A DNA stretch of 64,000 nucleotides from Lingula anatina (taxonomy: Eukaryota; Animalia; Brachiopoda), in NCBI GenBank assembly GCA_051362555.1, contig JBPQGU010000016.1:4092001-4156000 (forward strand), read 5' to 3'. Below are positions 1 to 12,422 of this stretch, in pieces. The position numbers were made by a program, and so were the translations under genes. The notes below the pieces were generated by a model. That model searched no databases and was not told where the DNA came from. It saw only the letters and a list, made by a program, of their open reading frames with translations. Every line of letters starts with the position of its first letter. Position 1 is the first letter of the stretch.

Positions 1-769
1 GTGAAGTTTGTTTTTGGTGTTGGTGTTGTGAGTTTTGTTTTTGATGTTGGTGTTGTGACCCTTACACGCTTCCATAGCCTTTCTATATACATAGTCCTTT
101 TTAAAAATAATTACCGTATCAGTTTTTTAAAACTTAGAACAAAAGTTTTCAGTTTGTCTGTCTTTTTTATTCCAGCAATTTCAGCAGCCATTACTGTTCC
201 CGAGACACCTTGCCTGTGCTATCAAACGAATCCTGTTACTTACAGCACAGGAGCACCAAAGAGTTTGAAGAGTGCTTTACAAGTCATCAGTCAAATTAAA
301 AAGAAATGGTCTTAGCTTTGCAAACCGGTGTCAAAGGGTCAAATCAAGTATTCCAAGCCTTCCAAGGACTAGTATGATGTAAGTCAGTATGGACAATATA
401 TTAAAGATCCAAAAGCATCAAAGTCTTTAAGGTACTCGCCCCACGCCGCAGCATGTCATCGAAGAAATGACCCCTTGATGATAGGGATATGGATTGCAAG
501 TGTTCTGGAGGCTCCAAGACAACTGTCTATAGCAGGTTCTGGTACTTGCATAGTGGGTCTTCAAACCCTTGGTATAGAAAGTACAAACCAGCAGCTTAAT
601 CTGGAAGTTAAAAAGAAAAAACAGCCATAAGTCCATGCATTAAAATCATGTTGAAATCTCTTTTTGGAAATTAGAAAAACGACTATTGCAATTATTAGAG
701 AAGGCTTAATTAACTTTGAGTGTGCATTTTGTATTTTTGGCAATAATGAGAAATGAATGAACATTCATT

Positions 770-783
770 GATTAATTATTATC

Positions 784-815
<32 letters not shown>

Positions 816-817
816 TT
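770..817. repeat. (TATT)n / (ATT)n microsatellite
   Basis: Direct reading of the sequence. Confidence 0.85.
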
Positions 818-3447
818 TTGCTATTTCCACTTGAGGGTGCTTACGCAAATTTGGCAGATTTCCCAAGTTTTGGGTTAAAAGCACAATGTTGTTATTTTGG
901 GTCTTTATGAGGTAATGTGATTTTGTCAGCATATTAGTTAAATGAACAACTTTGTCTGGATGCCCCACTCCTGCCTCAAATGAGATTTTAAAAGCAAACA
1001 TCAATATCTATAAAGACAGGTTTTAATGCTTATTTTGAACACATTTCACATAAATCACATTTCACATGATGATCTTGGCTGATTTTGTCAAAGTTAAAGA
1101 AACCCCATTTTGAACACTGATGACAATTTAAGTAAAACCATGTTACTCATGGATCTCAATCTTACAGAAAAGGTAAATTGGACTGAAATACAGCTTGAGT
1201 TAGAAAACTGAACTGATTGCATTCTTTTTCTGAGAGTTATTTATTTATTTAATTATCATCATTATTATTATTTATTATTATTATTATTTTCAAAATATTT
1301 TTTTCACATATTAGCATTTTCTTCGTGAGACTTGGAACTCCCACGGGATGAAATTCCAGCTCCCACTCTCAAGCCCCTGGGGAGCTTTTTGAAATAATAT
1401 AAAGATGAAATTTGGGTCTTTTTAAAATAATTAAAATAATGATGTCAGGAAGGTGTGTTTTGTTTTTTCTAGCCATCCACAGGTAAATTGTTTGTTTTTT
1501 TAATATTTCTTGTGAATTAAAAAAATATTTTTCCATCCCCCTCCCCAACCTCAAACCCCTGAGGACCTTTTTGAAGTACTATAAAGATGCAATTTGGGGA
1601 TTTAATGATGAGATGTTGATATGTTTAGACAATTATTGTGAATGATCCCTTTCCGTCTCAGCACTGATACTCCTCCACACCATTACTCCCTCGCACCGAT
1701 AGGCCTATACTACCCCTTACACTCCATCGACCTCACCCGCATCTTAAAGCTCCTGCCACGATACTCTCTCACAGCCTTTGCAATTGGTTAAAACTGCTAC
1801 CAACAAAACACAATGATTGATCTAAAAACTCTCGAAATACTATTTTTCCGAAAGTGCACCACCCTCTTGGGACCCAAAAGTGACACATTTCAGTAGAAAT
1901 ATTGTGGAAAAATAAGGGAATTACTAAAGTTGGTCTGCTTAGTAACAAAGTACATAGTCGATCTAATATGTATGCAGCTCGGCTTTGTGATTATTAAGAA
2001 ATATCTGTATACTTCACTTCGTTCTTCAACAGTGGTTACTGTATACAATATGTGCATCTTCTTCTTGATTTGTTTATTAATTATTGTACTAAAATTATGT
2101 TTTTAACAGAAGATAGCAAAGACGACATAATCTTTTCTTCAGGGGCCACTCTATTCGTAAAAGAAATTGAAACAACAACAAAAAAAAAAACATTGTTTAA
2201 GCGAGAAATTGCCGCCTTTGTCCTCCTGGAAATGTGAGATTCTACAATTTACGCTGTCCTTGGGCGATTGTAGGAACTACTCAGTGGTTCAGTGACTGAA
2301 CACTCAGTGGTTCAGTGACTGAACACCTACAGTATAATGCGCTTAAATTACTGTTTTTTCTTTACGGTTCTGTTTGTAATAGAAATCTAGGACAGAAAAA
2401 ATTACAACTTGAATGTAACATCATAAATCCTTAAAAATAGATGACAAATCCGATTGTGTTTATTGCCAGTATGCAGCAAGATCGTTATTAAGAAATCAAT
2501 AACGAACAGCTCTCAGGGGCGAATCCAGGATTTCGAAGACTAGGTGGTTAGTTTTTATTGACCCCGCTTCTACGTGGACGGAACGGTTCATTTTTAACAT
2601 TGAATAAATTAATTGAATTAATATTCATTAAAATTAAATCAAATAAAATAACGATGCATGATGATTAGTAATGCAAGATTTATGCCGCAAAGTCGCTTGT
2701 CAGACTACATCTAAGATGATCTCACGACATACTCGGGTATGGCTGTTTAGATGTAGGGGGTAGAGGCACTATTTGAAGGCAGCTGAAGGAAAAAATCGAA
2801 AGGAGTTCGATGGCATTTAGCATTACATGGTCCATTTCTCAGTAAAGAATACTAAATAAAGAAATTATACATACTTCAGGATGGCTCACTGCGGTTTTCG
2901 TCCACACATAGGCAACCAGTAATTCGGACTCTACTAGCGATAATGTAAACACACCTTGAATGCCCATTTATATATTTGCTTTTCTAGTTAAACTTAGCAA
3001 TGTGTATTAATTTTGTTCGAAAAAAAAAGCATTCCACTGTAATTTGCGACCGCGTCCATGTGCACCAATGCAGGCCTATTCTATTTATGGAGATGGTCAC
3101 ATAATCAGCAAAACGGAAACTTAACTGGTACATGTACAAGTTTCGAAATAAAATGTTTGTCAAACCTTTATAATATCTAGAGCTTTTGTTGTTTGAAACA
3201 TGTTTAACTAAAATGTAAGAAAAACTAAAAAAAGTAAGCAGCAAGCTGGTAGGCAGTAAGTGAAAGCCTGGTCTGAACACTGAATTTCTAGGTAACCATG
3301 TATTTTTCACACCCCCTAATTTCATTTCCACAACGATCCGTGAATGAGGTTAAAAAGCAATAACATACTTGTGTGACAGGACAAAATGCTTTGTTTATTA
3401 CGCCACTTTATCTTGTCAAATGAAGCATGAATTTGAAAAACCATGAA

Positions 3448-3830
3448 AACTAGAGGATCAGAGAGGTGATACCGCCTGAGGGTATTGTACCACCAGCTGG
3501 AGTAAGCTCATTCGTATAGAAAAGTGAAAAAAGGGACACCACCTCCAGTGTTGTGCTTGACAAGCTCTACATGCAGTAAGCAAAAGTTCTAAATAGTTTT
3601 GTTGAAAATTACCATTTAAAACAAAATCATGAGGAAAAGTAAAAGTTTAAATTCAAATTTGTGAAGTGCAGTTCATGGCAAAAAGTAGGTCAAAGCTCAA
3701 TTTCAAGATCACAGATTGTCAGCATATGACTGCCTATTCAAGTTCAATAGTGATTATGGGCATATCTCTGCTAGTTTTGGAGATATAAAAGTTGCAAAGT
3801 TGCGCGGCTCATGATAAAATCGCCACCTTT
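3448..3830 (+). mobile_element. Possible degenerate HINE-like interspersed repeat
   Basis: AACTAGAG start, AGTAGGTCAAAG..TCAAGATCAC and TAGTTTTGGAGATAT motifs typical of such elements. Ends are uncertain. Confidence 0.3.
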
Positions 3831-4010
3831 TAAAATTTCCAGTTGCACTAAGTGCACGTGGTTTGCAGATTAATTTTAGCCATTAAGAGCGTTAGATTGA
3901 AACCTTTTGCCGCTACAAATACAACAACTTGATTGATATCTTAGGCGATTATCAAAAACAGACAATAGCAAGAATCACTTACCTGCTGTAGGTTACAAGG
4001 GCGACCAACC

Positions 4011-4223
4011 CAGGGGCGGGACCAGGATTATTTGAAGGGGGGTCCACGGATGCAAAACCGACCCTTATCTTAGAGGGCGAACGGTGCTATTTGGTACTTT
4101 TTAGAACTATGATTCGGCTAGAGAAAATACTTATTTCATAAGGGGACCATCGGTGTGATTATTTTTAGAAACTGAAGGGGAGGAGGTCAGGACCCCCTGA
4201 CCCCCCCTCCCAATCCGCCACTG
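4011..4223 (+). mobile_element. MITE, CAGGGGCGGATCC..GGATCCGCCCCTG terminal type
   Basis: Starts CAGGGGCGGGACCAGGATT and ends AATCCGCCACTG, with a subterminal GGAGGAGGTCAGGACCCCCTGACCCCCCCTCC hairpin. No clean TSD. Confidence 0.75.
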
Positions 4224-4840
4224 CAACTACCAATGGACCTCGGTGGACACAGGTTAATTACATATCTGGCATTTGTGTCATAGTTTGTGCATTTAAGCTT
4301 TAAACTTAAGTTTTATAAATATTAAAGTACCTACCCTTTAACGCGAAGTAAGAATCACGGTCAGCCACCTTTGTTTATGAGACAGTAATCAGTGTTACGC
4401 CGACGACCATCACCTGATCTATTGAATTAAACGAGTGGAGTAGTAACGAACCCTTGGAACGAATTTGAGAAATAAGCAAACCTGACTTTATCGAGTGTAG
4501 GGGAGTTCGATTTTCTAAAAAAAATGTACATTATATTTATAAAAATTCAGTCGGGGTCGAAACTCTCCCCCCCCCCCGCCCCCACCGACCCTCCTAAATC
4601 CACCACTGGCACAAATCTTTTGTCCTGTACCACCTTAACTGCGTCACGTCCAGCTCGATGTAGCGAGTCAATAGAAATATAATTTCAATCGGTTGACGAG
4701 AGGAATTAAAGTGAAATTAATTTCTCTCTGGTTATGACACGCCAGAAGAGGGCGGGATTGATGTAGGGGAGTTTTCGTGTCATTTAGGCGATTGACACGG
4801 TACTGTTAACACGCTTATGATTACGACTCCGTAGACGACA

Positions 4841-7430
4841 TGGTTGATGAGTCCAGTGGAGGCGAACACTTTACCTTGGCTGATGTAATGAAAAAAATGG
4901 AAAGTAAAAAGAAAGAGACGAAAGACTATTTCGACCATAGACTGTCTACATTTAATGCCGAAGCCGGTAAAAACTGAAAGTCGACAATATTTATCTTGGA
5001 AAATAGAAGGTAATCACCAGAAATTTGACTCAACAGTATTTGAAAATAAGATTATTGTGGTGAACAAACTGACAGTGCCTTACAGTCTTGGCAAGAGAAA
5101 CAAACTTATCAGAATTGCTGACACTTTCGACACTGTTAAGGAACATACTGTTAATCCTCTTGCTTGTGATTCTGAGAGCGAGAGAGGTACAAAGAAAATA
5201 AAAGAAAACAAAAAGGGACCCAAAAAAATAAGGTTATATCAGCAGACCGACCGATAGGTGTGGTGGGCGATACTTCTCAGCGGAGAAGTCTTTATCGCAG
5301 CAGCGGGTCGTGACTTTGCTTAGCTTGTTGAGGAAAGGGCCATTTCATGCTTGAGTGACCAACTTACAGAGGGGAAAGTTATTCTACCAGAGTCCAACCC
5401 CAGAGATAAGGGAACATCTGGAATGGGATAGAAGGCGGAAGCATTGAAAAATAGATAAGTACCCGGTACATGTATGAGTGCGTTAGTTTCAATCAAGAGT
5501 TGCATAATTATGAACATGAGCAAAATCAGAAATTCATACCCGTGAAAAGTAGGTTAAGAACCAATTTAAGTTTTTGGGAAGAAGTAGGGTATTCATTTTT
5601 TATTCTAGACTTGATAAAAATGGTTATAAATTTCCGTTTATAGCAACACCCTGTGGGATGAGGAAAGATAACAGCTTTCACCATTGAAAAATAAGTTTTT
5701 TGTTAAAAAGCTATTCTTGAATTGAAAAAGATGCGTTTGATTAAAAGGTGTAGCAAACAACCAATTGTTGATAACCCTTAAACAGAAGCAGTGCATAGCA
5801 GTGAAAAAAATAGATTGATTTTAGATGTACGAGAAGTAAACAAACATGTCTGTAAGCAGTCTGGTAGTTACGGACATTTGAGAACGGCTCTTATGTTTAT
5901 GAAACTGTGTGGTTGGTTGATTAAATTTGATTCAGCTAATCAACATCTAGATATCTATTATCCTCATACGGATTATTGAGGTTTTTCATGGAAAATTCAA
6001 GATCAGCAGATTTATTTTTGATTCTTAGTTCTTCCATTTGGGTTATCATTAGCACTTAATATTTTTTTCAAAATTGACTTGGCAATTAATCAAAGAATGG
6101 TTCGATGTAATTGGATGACGGTCTGTGGTACTGCAGTAACATATAGATAGATTGGAGCATCAGGGTGCTGAGATCAAAGATGATATTGCTAAGTCAGGTT
6201 TTATGTAAATATATGAGAATACTATTTGGTCGTACATGTAGGTACAGAGTCTGGCATTTATAGGCATCGAAATAGATATTAGTATTGGGGAAATCAAAGT
6301 TCTTGATATAAGATTAGCAAATGCTAAGAGATCTGACATTATATTCGCACGAAAGTGAGCAGAGGTCTGGCTATGTCGGTCGGATTATACTATGTCTCAT
6401 GTGTTGGGAAGTGTAACGCAACTAATGACAAATTATATTAGCATGGTTATTTCAAGTGCTTTTTCTTAGAATCAGAAAATGTGTGTGAAAGCATGCAGTC
6501 AAATTAGACCTTGGTGTAGTAAATCAGAATTTTACAGTTTTCACCTCAGTGCAATAAGGTAGTTTATTCTGATGCTAGTAGTACTGGGTTTGGAGGATAT
6601 TGTGTGGAGACACCTAAAAGGGTGTGTTGCGGGGAATGGTCAGCTGACGAAGCGACGGAGAGCTCTACTTACAGAGAACTGATAGCTGTTTTCAGGGTCC
6701 TGTTCTCCATGGCAAACACGTTGAGTGTTTTGAGATTGAAGTGGTTTTCTGATAGCAAAGATGTTGTAAACATTAAAGAAAAAAGTAGCATGAGGAGTAA
6801 ATTACAACCTATTATTTTAGATGTTTTTCTTCTAATGGAGTTATTCAATAGAAATGAAAGGATACTGAGAGAAGAGAATACCCATGCAAATTATATAAGT
6901 AGAAGTGTGGATGTTGACAATTGGGGTATTTCTAAAGAATTATTCTCACATTTTGATAAGATATGGGGTCCTCTTGAAGTGGATTGGTTTACGTCCTGCT
7001 ACAATGCTTAAGTACATATTTTTACTCTAGATTTTAGAATTCAGGAACAGTGAATGGGACACGCGTCATTTACGGATCTATCCTGGTCCTCAGATCAAAT
7101 TCAGTCTCTTATTTCTACCAATGAGTTACAACAGACTCCTTGTTTCTATATTGTTTCCGACAGACTGTTCTGGTCCTTCACCTGTAAATATCCATCATGA
7201 CGTAATCAAATGTGGCACCGAAACGTGCCCTTGGCTGACTCTGTTATGGTCTCAAAATTTTTGAAGCTTTAAGCTTTTAGATGCTACCTAGTTTCTTATT
7301 GAAAAGTCGAGATATAGAGGTGGCAATTGGCTTTTGATAAATCGGGTTAAATCGTATTTATGCCCAGTAAAAGTTCTTGAAAATATTTAGATTTCATTGG
7401 TAGGCCTCGATCCTAGCGACAGCTTTTCAA
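4841..7430 (+). mobile_element. Degenerate DIRS-order (PAT/DIRS-like) tyrosine-recombinase retrotransposon: gag, RT, RNase H, methyltransferase-like domain, YR fragment
   Basis: gag-like KRNKLIRIAD (~5095). RT motifs RLILDVREVNK (~5815), VLPFGLS (~6030), *LDDG (6108-6122). RNase H VYSDASSTGFGG (~6562), SSTYREL, WFSDS. MT-like DNWGIS..WGPLEVDWF (~6915-6990). YR-like IEKS..YRGGNW..CPVK (~7300-7375). Many stops and frameshifts. Confidence 0.88.
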
Positions 7431-7641
7431 ATTTACATGGCCTATTTTAAATATAATATCGTTGAGTTACAATGACAGTTATGTATGAAAATTGTATAAC
7501 GACGAGGGGGAGTATCGGTGCGCGTACAACAGTAATTTATGAATACATTTTACAGTATTATGGAATATACATGTATATTAGCGCCCGTGGTCTTATTGAT
7601 CAATTAATGTGTGAATGAATAAGTCAAATCCACATGTACAT

Positions 7642-7916
7642 CTGGGGCGGATCCAGGATTTTTTGGAAGGGTGGTGGTGTTTTTTTTTACGGATTGACAA
7701 GGCCTCGGAGTGCAAGGCCGACCCTCACCCCTTTGGAGTTATGTCTGGGGCACGCTCGAGGGCCACGAAAAAGGGTGTTTTAGAGGGAAAATATCTCCAT
7801 TTGATACGGTTTATAACTATTATTCAGCTATAGATTTTGGGTGTAATTTTTTTATCAGAAATCGAAGGGAGGAGGGGGTCTGGATCCCCCCTGACACTCC
7901 CTCTTTATCCGCCATG
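7642..7916 (+). mobile_element. MITE of the same terminal type
   Basis: CTGGGGCGGATCCAGGATTTT ... GGGGGTCTGGATCCCCCCTGAC..TATCCGCCATG, flanked by TACAT on both sides. Confidence 0.72.
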
Positions 7917-9580
7917 TACATGTATTAGACCGTGAACATTCGTGAACAGTTTCAACCACAGTCCCTCGCCTGAAATGAGCCATGCCTGTCTGTAATTTGC
8001 ATAACAGTTACTTGCTCATCGTAGTGCGAGCTGTATTTCCGAATGCTCAGTAGGCAGTAGGACACAGCTAGGTGAAGACGCAATGTTCAACGTGCGGGTG
8101 CAGTCGCAACGCAGTCGTATGAGGCGTAGAAGCAAATGCATGTTTCGTAAGTAGCACTTTTCTTCAGTATCGTATGTCAGTTGATAGAAAGAGAGTAGAA
8201 AAATGCAAAGAAATTTGCGACGAGTATTTACGGGTATGTTACTACTCTTTGTTGTCGCTGTCGCCTGTCGTTTCTGTTATGCCACTCAAAATATTATTTA
8301 GCAAATTAGTAAATGGGCATATTACCACAAAGATCACGGACATATTTACATGATGGTACCGTATTTGTCACAGTTCCGAGCTTTTGATCCTAAGACAAGC
8401 GTGCCCCATGAACGATAGTCAGTTTTAGTAGGTTTGTTAATTTTATTATACATGTACCTGTAAAATGCTTGTAAGCAGTGTTGAAACACGGGGAAATGAT
8501 TTATTCTAAAGCGAAATATGGTTCCCAAACGCGTGATGCAAAGCGATTTTAGATATTACAACTTTATATAGTAGGTAAAATAAATAAATAGTGATAACCT
8601 ACACAAACTAGAGGAGTGTTTTCAATATTTTTTTTTTCAAAGCAAGATATCTGAAATATCTTTATTACTAACTTCAGGTCTTAAATGTGGCGTTAGGCAA
8701 CATAGAATCGATTGCTTTTTTGGGGTGCTATCTGAGCCTGAACTATGGACAAGTCAGATATTGTTAACATTACTTTCTTATTTCAGAAGTCCACTGAGAT
8801 ACTGAGAACTGCACGGCACCTGGCTGCAGGCAACCAAGCCTGTCATTCACCCTCTGGAACCCTACGCACATCCATGCATCTTTTGTTTTAAAATTGAATA
8901 AATACGTTTGTCATTCCTTGTTTTCTTATTCACTTCCATATGAAATGATGATAAAATATTAATAATAATAATAAAAGAGGGTTAGGGGTAAAATTGTAAA
9001 GATATTATTGTTTGAGCACTTTCTAATTAAATCTGCTAAAACTGATCTGTAAGCATTGTGTTTGGGATTGATGATTTCTCCAGTAACAGAGGATGTCGTA
9101 AATCGAAAGGATTAAAAGTTTTGTTAATATGCCCAGTATTTTGTAAATAATTGAGAGCATTTTAAGAATACATCTACAGGATTTCCAACAGCCCACATTT
9201 ATAAATACAATTTGTATGAATTTACGATATTGCTTTTTTAAAAATCTGTCCTACATTTTTTATAGTGAGACGGGTTTTTTAATATCTATTTATAAATTAG
9301 TTCATCCTCCCAGATAAAATTTTCTTAATTTAATATAAGTCCATATTCTAAGGTTTTTGGTTTGCTAGAGAAAATTGTTTCAAATTTCACGACCTTCTCA
9401 TCAGACGAACACTTCAATTTTAAATTAAAACGGAAATATAAGAGATCTTGACACACTTTTGAAATGGGAACAATGAAATTTGCTCCTCTACCCAAAACTT
9501 AGAACTGCATATTCTGATATGTTTGAAAATGTCTCATTAAAATCATAATTAAAATAAATTGATCCTTTGATATAAAGAAA

Positions 9581-10036
9581 TGGGCTCGCCCCACCTGTCA
9601 CCCCTCAAATCGAATGGACTTGCCCCACCTGTCACCCCTCAAATGGAATGCACTCGCCCCACCTGTCACCCCTCAAATCGAATGGACTCGTCCCACCTGT
9701 CACCCCTTAAATTGAATGGACTCGTCCCACCTGTCACCCCTCAAATGGAATGGACTCGCCCCACCTGTCACCCCTCAAATCGAATGGACTCGCCCCACCT
9801 GTCACCCCTCAAATGGAATGGACTCGTCCCACCAGTCACCCCTCAGATGGAATGGACTCGCCCCACCTGTCACCCCTAAGATGAAATGGACTCGCCCCAC
9901 CTGTCACCCCTCGGATGAAATGGACTCGCCCCACCTGTCACCCCTAAGATGAAATGGACTCGCCCCACCTGTCACCCCTCAAATGGAATGGACTCGTCCC
10001 ACCTGTCACCCCTCAAATCGAATGGACTCGACCCAC
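9581..10036. repeat. 34-bp minisatellite, 13 full copies plus a partial
   Basis: Unit TGGACTCGCCCCACCTGTCACCCCTCAAATGGAA at 9581, 9615, ... 9989, 10023, with few substitutions and no indels. Confidence 0.97.
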
Positions 10037-10374
10037 TTGAAAACTTTCAATGCAGGTCAGTGGTGGGTGGAAGGGTATCACGTGATTTTCGAGAGCCAAT
10101 GAAAAAAGCAGGAATTTTACACTCCGTTATAGGTAAACAAAACGGCACGTTCGACGCACCGTGGAGGATCGTTTATTTAGGAGGCATGCACATAAATTTG
10201 GTGGGTATTTTAAAAGCATTTTACTATTTACAACGATCAGTACCGTCTCAACTTAACTCATGTGAAGTGATTTTCAAGTGTTTGGTCTGTTTATGTTTTT
10301 ATGACAATTTAAACTAGGCATAGCTTCATATGTAGTTTGACAATTGTAAACTGAAGTTTTCACACCACAAGCCT

Positions 10375-10920
10375 TCTTTCAAGTGAAATATCTCGAAAAG
10401 CACTCGGACGATTTTTTTCCAACTTTTCAGTAATGTTGCTCATTTATTTGTTGACAAAAAGTGCCGATGGCACCCGATGGGACCCCTGGATCTTTAGAGA
10501 TATAGACGGTATAATCCTTCATACCCAATTACGACCATTTTTGTAGGAATGCGTCTTTATAATGTTAAACTCCCTCATTAAAAAGCATATATCTGAAAAA
10601 GTAAACGGTAGATTTTTTCCAAATCTTAATCTGACGTTTTTCGTGTACCTTTTTACATAATATGTAGCCTGCAACTGACAGCACCCCTGGGTCTTGGGAT
10701 ATATAGACAATGCAGTGCCATGGCAAATTACGGCCATTTTTGTTTGAGTGAAATTTGGATCACGCAGACCCCGTCTTTCAAATCAAATATCTGAAAAAGC
10801 AATCGGACAATTATTTTCAAAATTGTCAGAAATGTTGCTTAGATATTGGTTAGCAAAAAGAGCCTATGGCACCCAATGGCACCCCAGGATCTTGAGAATT
10901 ATAGGCTGTATATAGTGCAT
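10375..10920. repeat. Diverged ~200-bp tandem repeat, about three copies
   Basis: ATATCT(C)GAAAA at ~10388, ~10589 and ~10787, each followed ~95 bp later by ACCCC(T/A)GG(A/G)TCTT. Copies 1 and 3 also share ATGGCACCC.ATGG. Confidence 0.7.
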
Positions 10921-12380
10921 GCCAAAGTACTGTTTTGGTTATCCCACAGCCAGCATTTACATGTATAACAACAGCATAATTGCACTTGTATATCACTTAC
11001 ATGCTTGTCTGTATTTTAAAGCATAATGTGCAAATTGATCACTATACAAGCACATTCCTACAACTGTTGAAGGGCTAGTCATGGTATTAGTCAGTTACAA
11101 CTACTTGTCATTCACTGTGTATGATGTACAAGAGCCTATTATATCTCAACTGTAGCTCCATATAATAGCACTCTTTTATGCCACATACAGTAATTGGCTC
11201 AAGTACATATCAAATAAACATTTTTTTTAAATACTGATGATAAGTCTCATATCTTTTTCAGCATGGACTACAATTTTTATTTTTGAAATGCTGTGCACTA
11301 TAAAGGTGAGAAGTAATTCATCGGAATACCATAGTTGTAAACTTGTGACTTATGTTTCCATTGCTCATCTATTTCGTTAACATTGACAAAAACATGTTCT
11401 GTGTTTGTTTTGCCTAAACTTTCATTTTAATCTTACTATCATAAAAATTGAAATCATATTTAAGTATAATGGTAACAGGTTACCTAAAAAGTTGAAGCCT
11501 TATCCAGTTAAATAATAATAATATCAAATATAAAACATTTACTGCTTTTTAATTTCAGGGAATGGAAACAGCTTATAACCTCATAATGGGATACCGCCTA
11601 TGGATTGTAGCTGAAATTAGAGACTTGAGATAACAGGAATGATGTTTGTTATTTCCAAAATCTGTGCCTTCATGGAGTGTGACATTGTAATAAACATGAT
11701 TGCTTTTTAATTACTCAGTCATCAAATGTTAAATTAGTAGTTTGTCACAATATCAAATATTGTATTATCTGCATAGAGAATTCCCCTCATCTTTTGTAAG
11801 TTAAGTTTTGATTAATTAAGTAAAGTGAGTAGTAAGTCTCATGAACTTGGAGAAAATTAAATACTGCAGATCTTGGAAAAACTTCGTTTATTGTGATTTC
11901 TGTCAGATATGAGGATTTGTAAATGTTGATAATACATTACATTTTCTGTCTCTTATTATATGCATTTACCATGATTTCTCACTCTGAGTAATGTACGCAT
12001 CTAGCAAACTAACTTGAAATTCAAGGCATATTTTATAGTTTTAAAAAAAGTGATATTAAAATCTGACTAAGACGAATTTAAAGTAATCTGAATTCTATCA
12101 GGATTTCAGTCTTGCCTGTGCTATGTATGTATTTGTAGGTTGTCACCCTTTTAAATCATTTAAAAAGTATTATTATATTATTTCAATATTTTGTGAATAG
12201 TTAAATGAGTTATAAAATTTATAAGAAAAATGTAAGAAATAAAATATACTGTTAATTATGTTTTTATGAAATATGTGAAATAAAAAGTTTATAATCATAT
12301 CAAAGTTCTTCCATTTGTTTATGATAATTTTGTCATTTTACATTTTCTTTGCCTTAAACTTTGGTCAAGCTTACTTTCCA

Positions 12381-12381
<1 letters not shown>

Positions 12382-12420
<39 letters not shown>
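12382..12420 (+). repeat. Poly(A) tract, 39 nt
   Basis: Uninterrupted A run. Confidence 0.95.

Positions 12421-12422
<2 letters not shown>

Noticed and set aside
1-3331. Short ORFs in the first 3.3 kb, and ORF 17789-18349
   Set aside because: The first group are low-complexity chance ORFs without recognisable motifs. The 186-aa ORF is the antisense frame of the Tc1 remnant.
9581-10036. CRISPR-like appearance of 34-bp repeats and the repetitive ORFs over them
   Set aside because: The units are contiguous with no unique spacers, there are no cas genes, and the context is eukaryotic.
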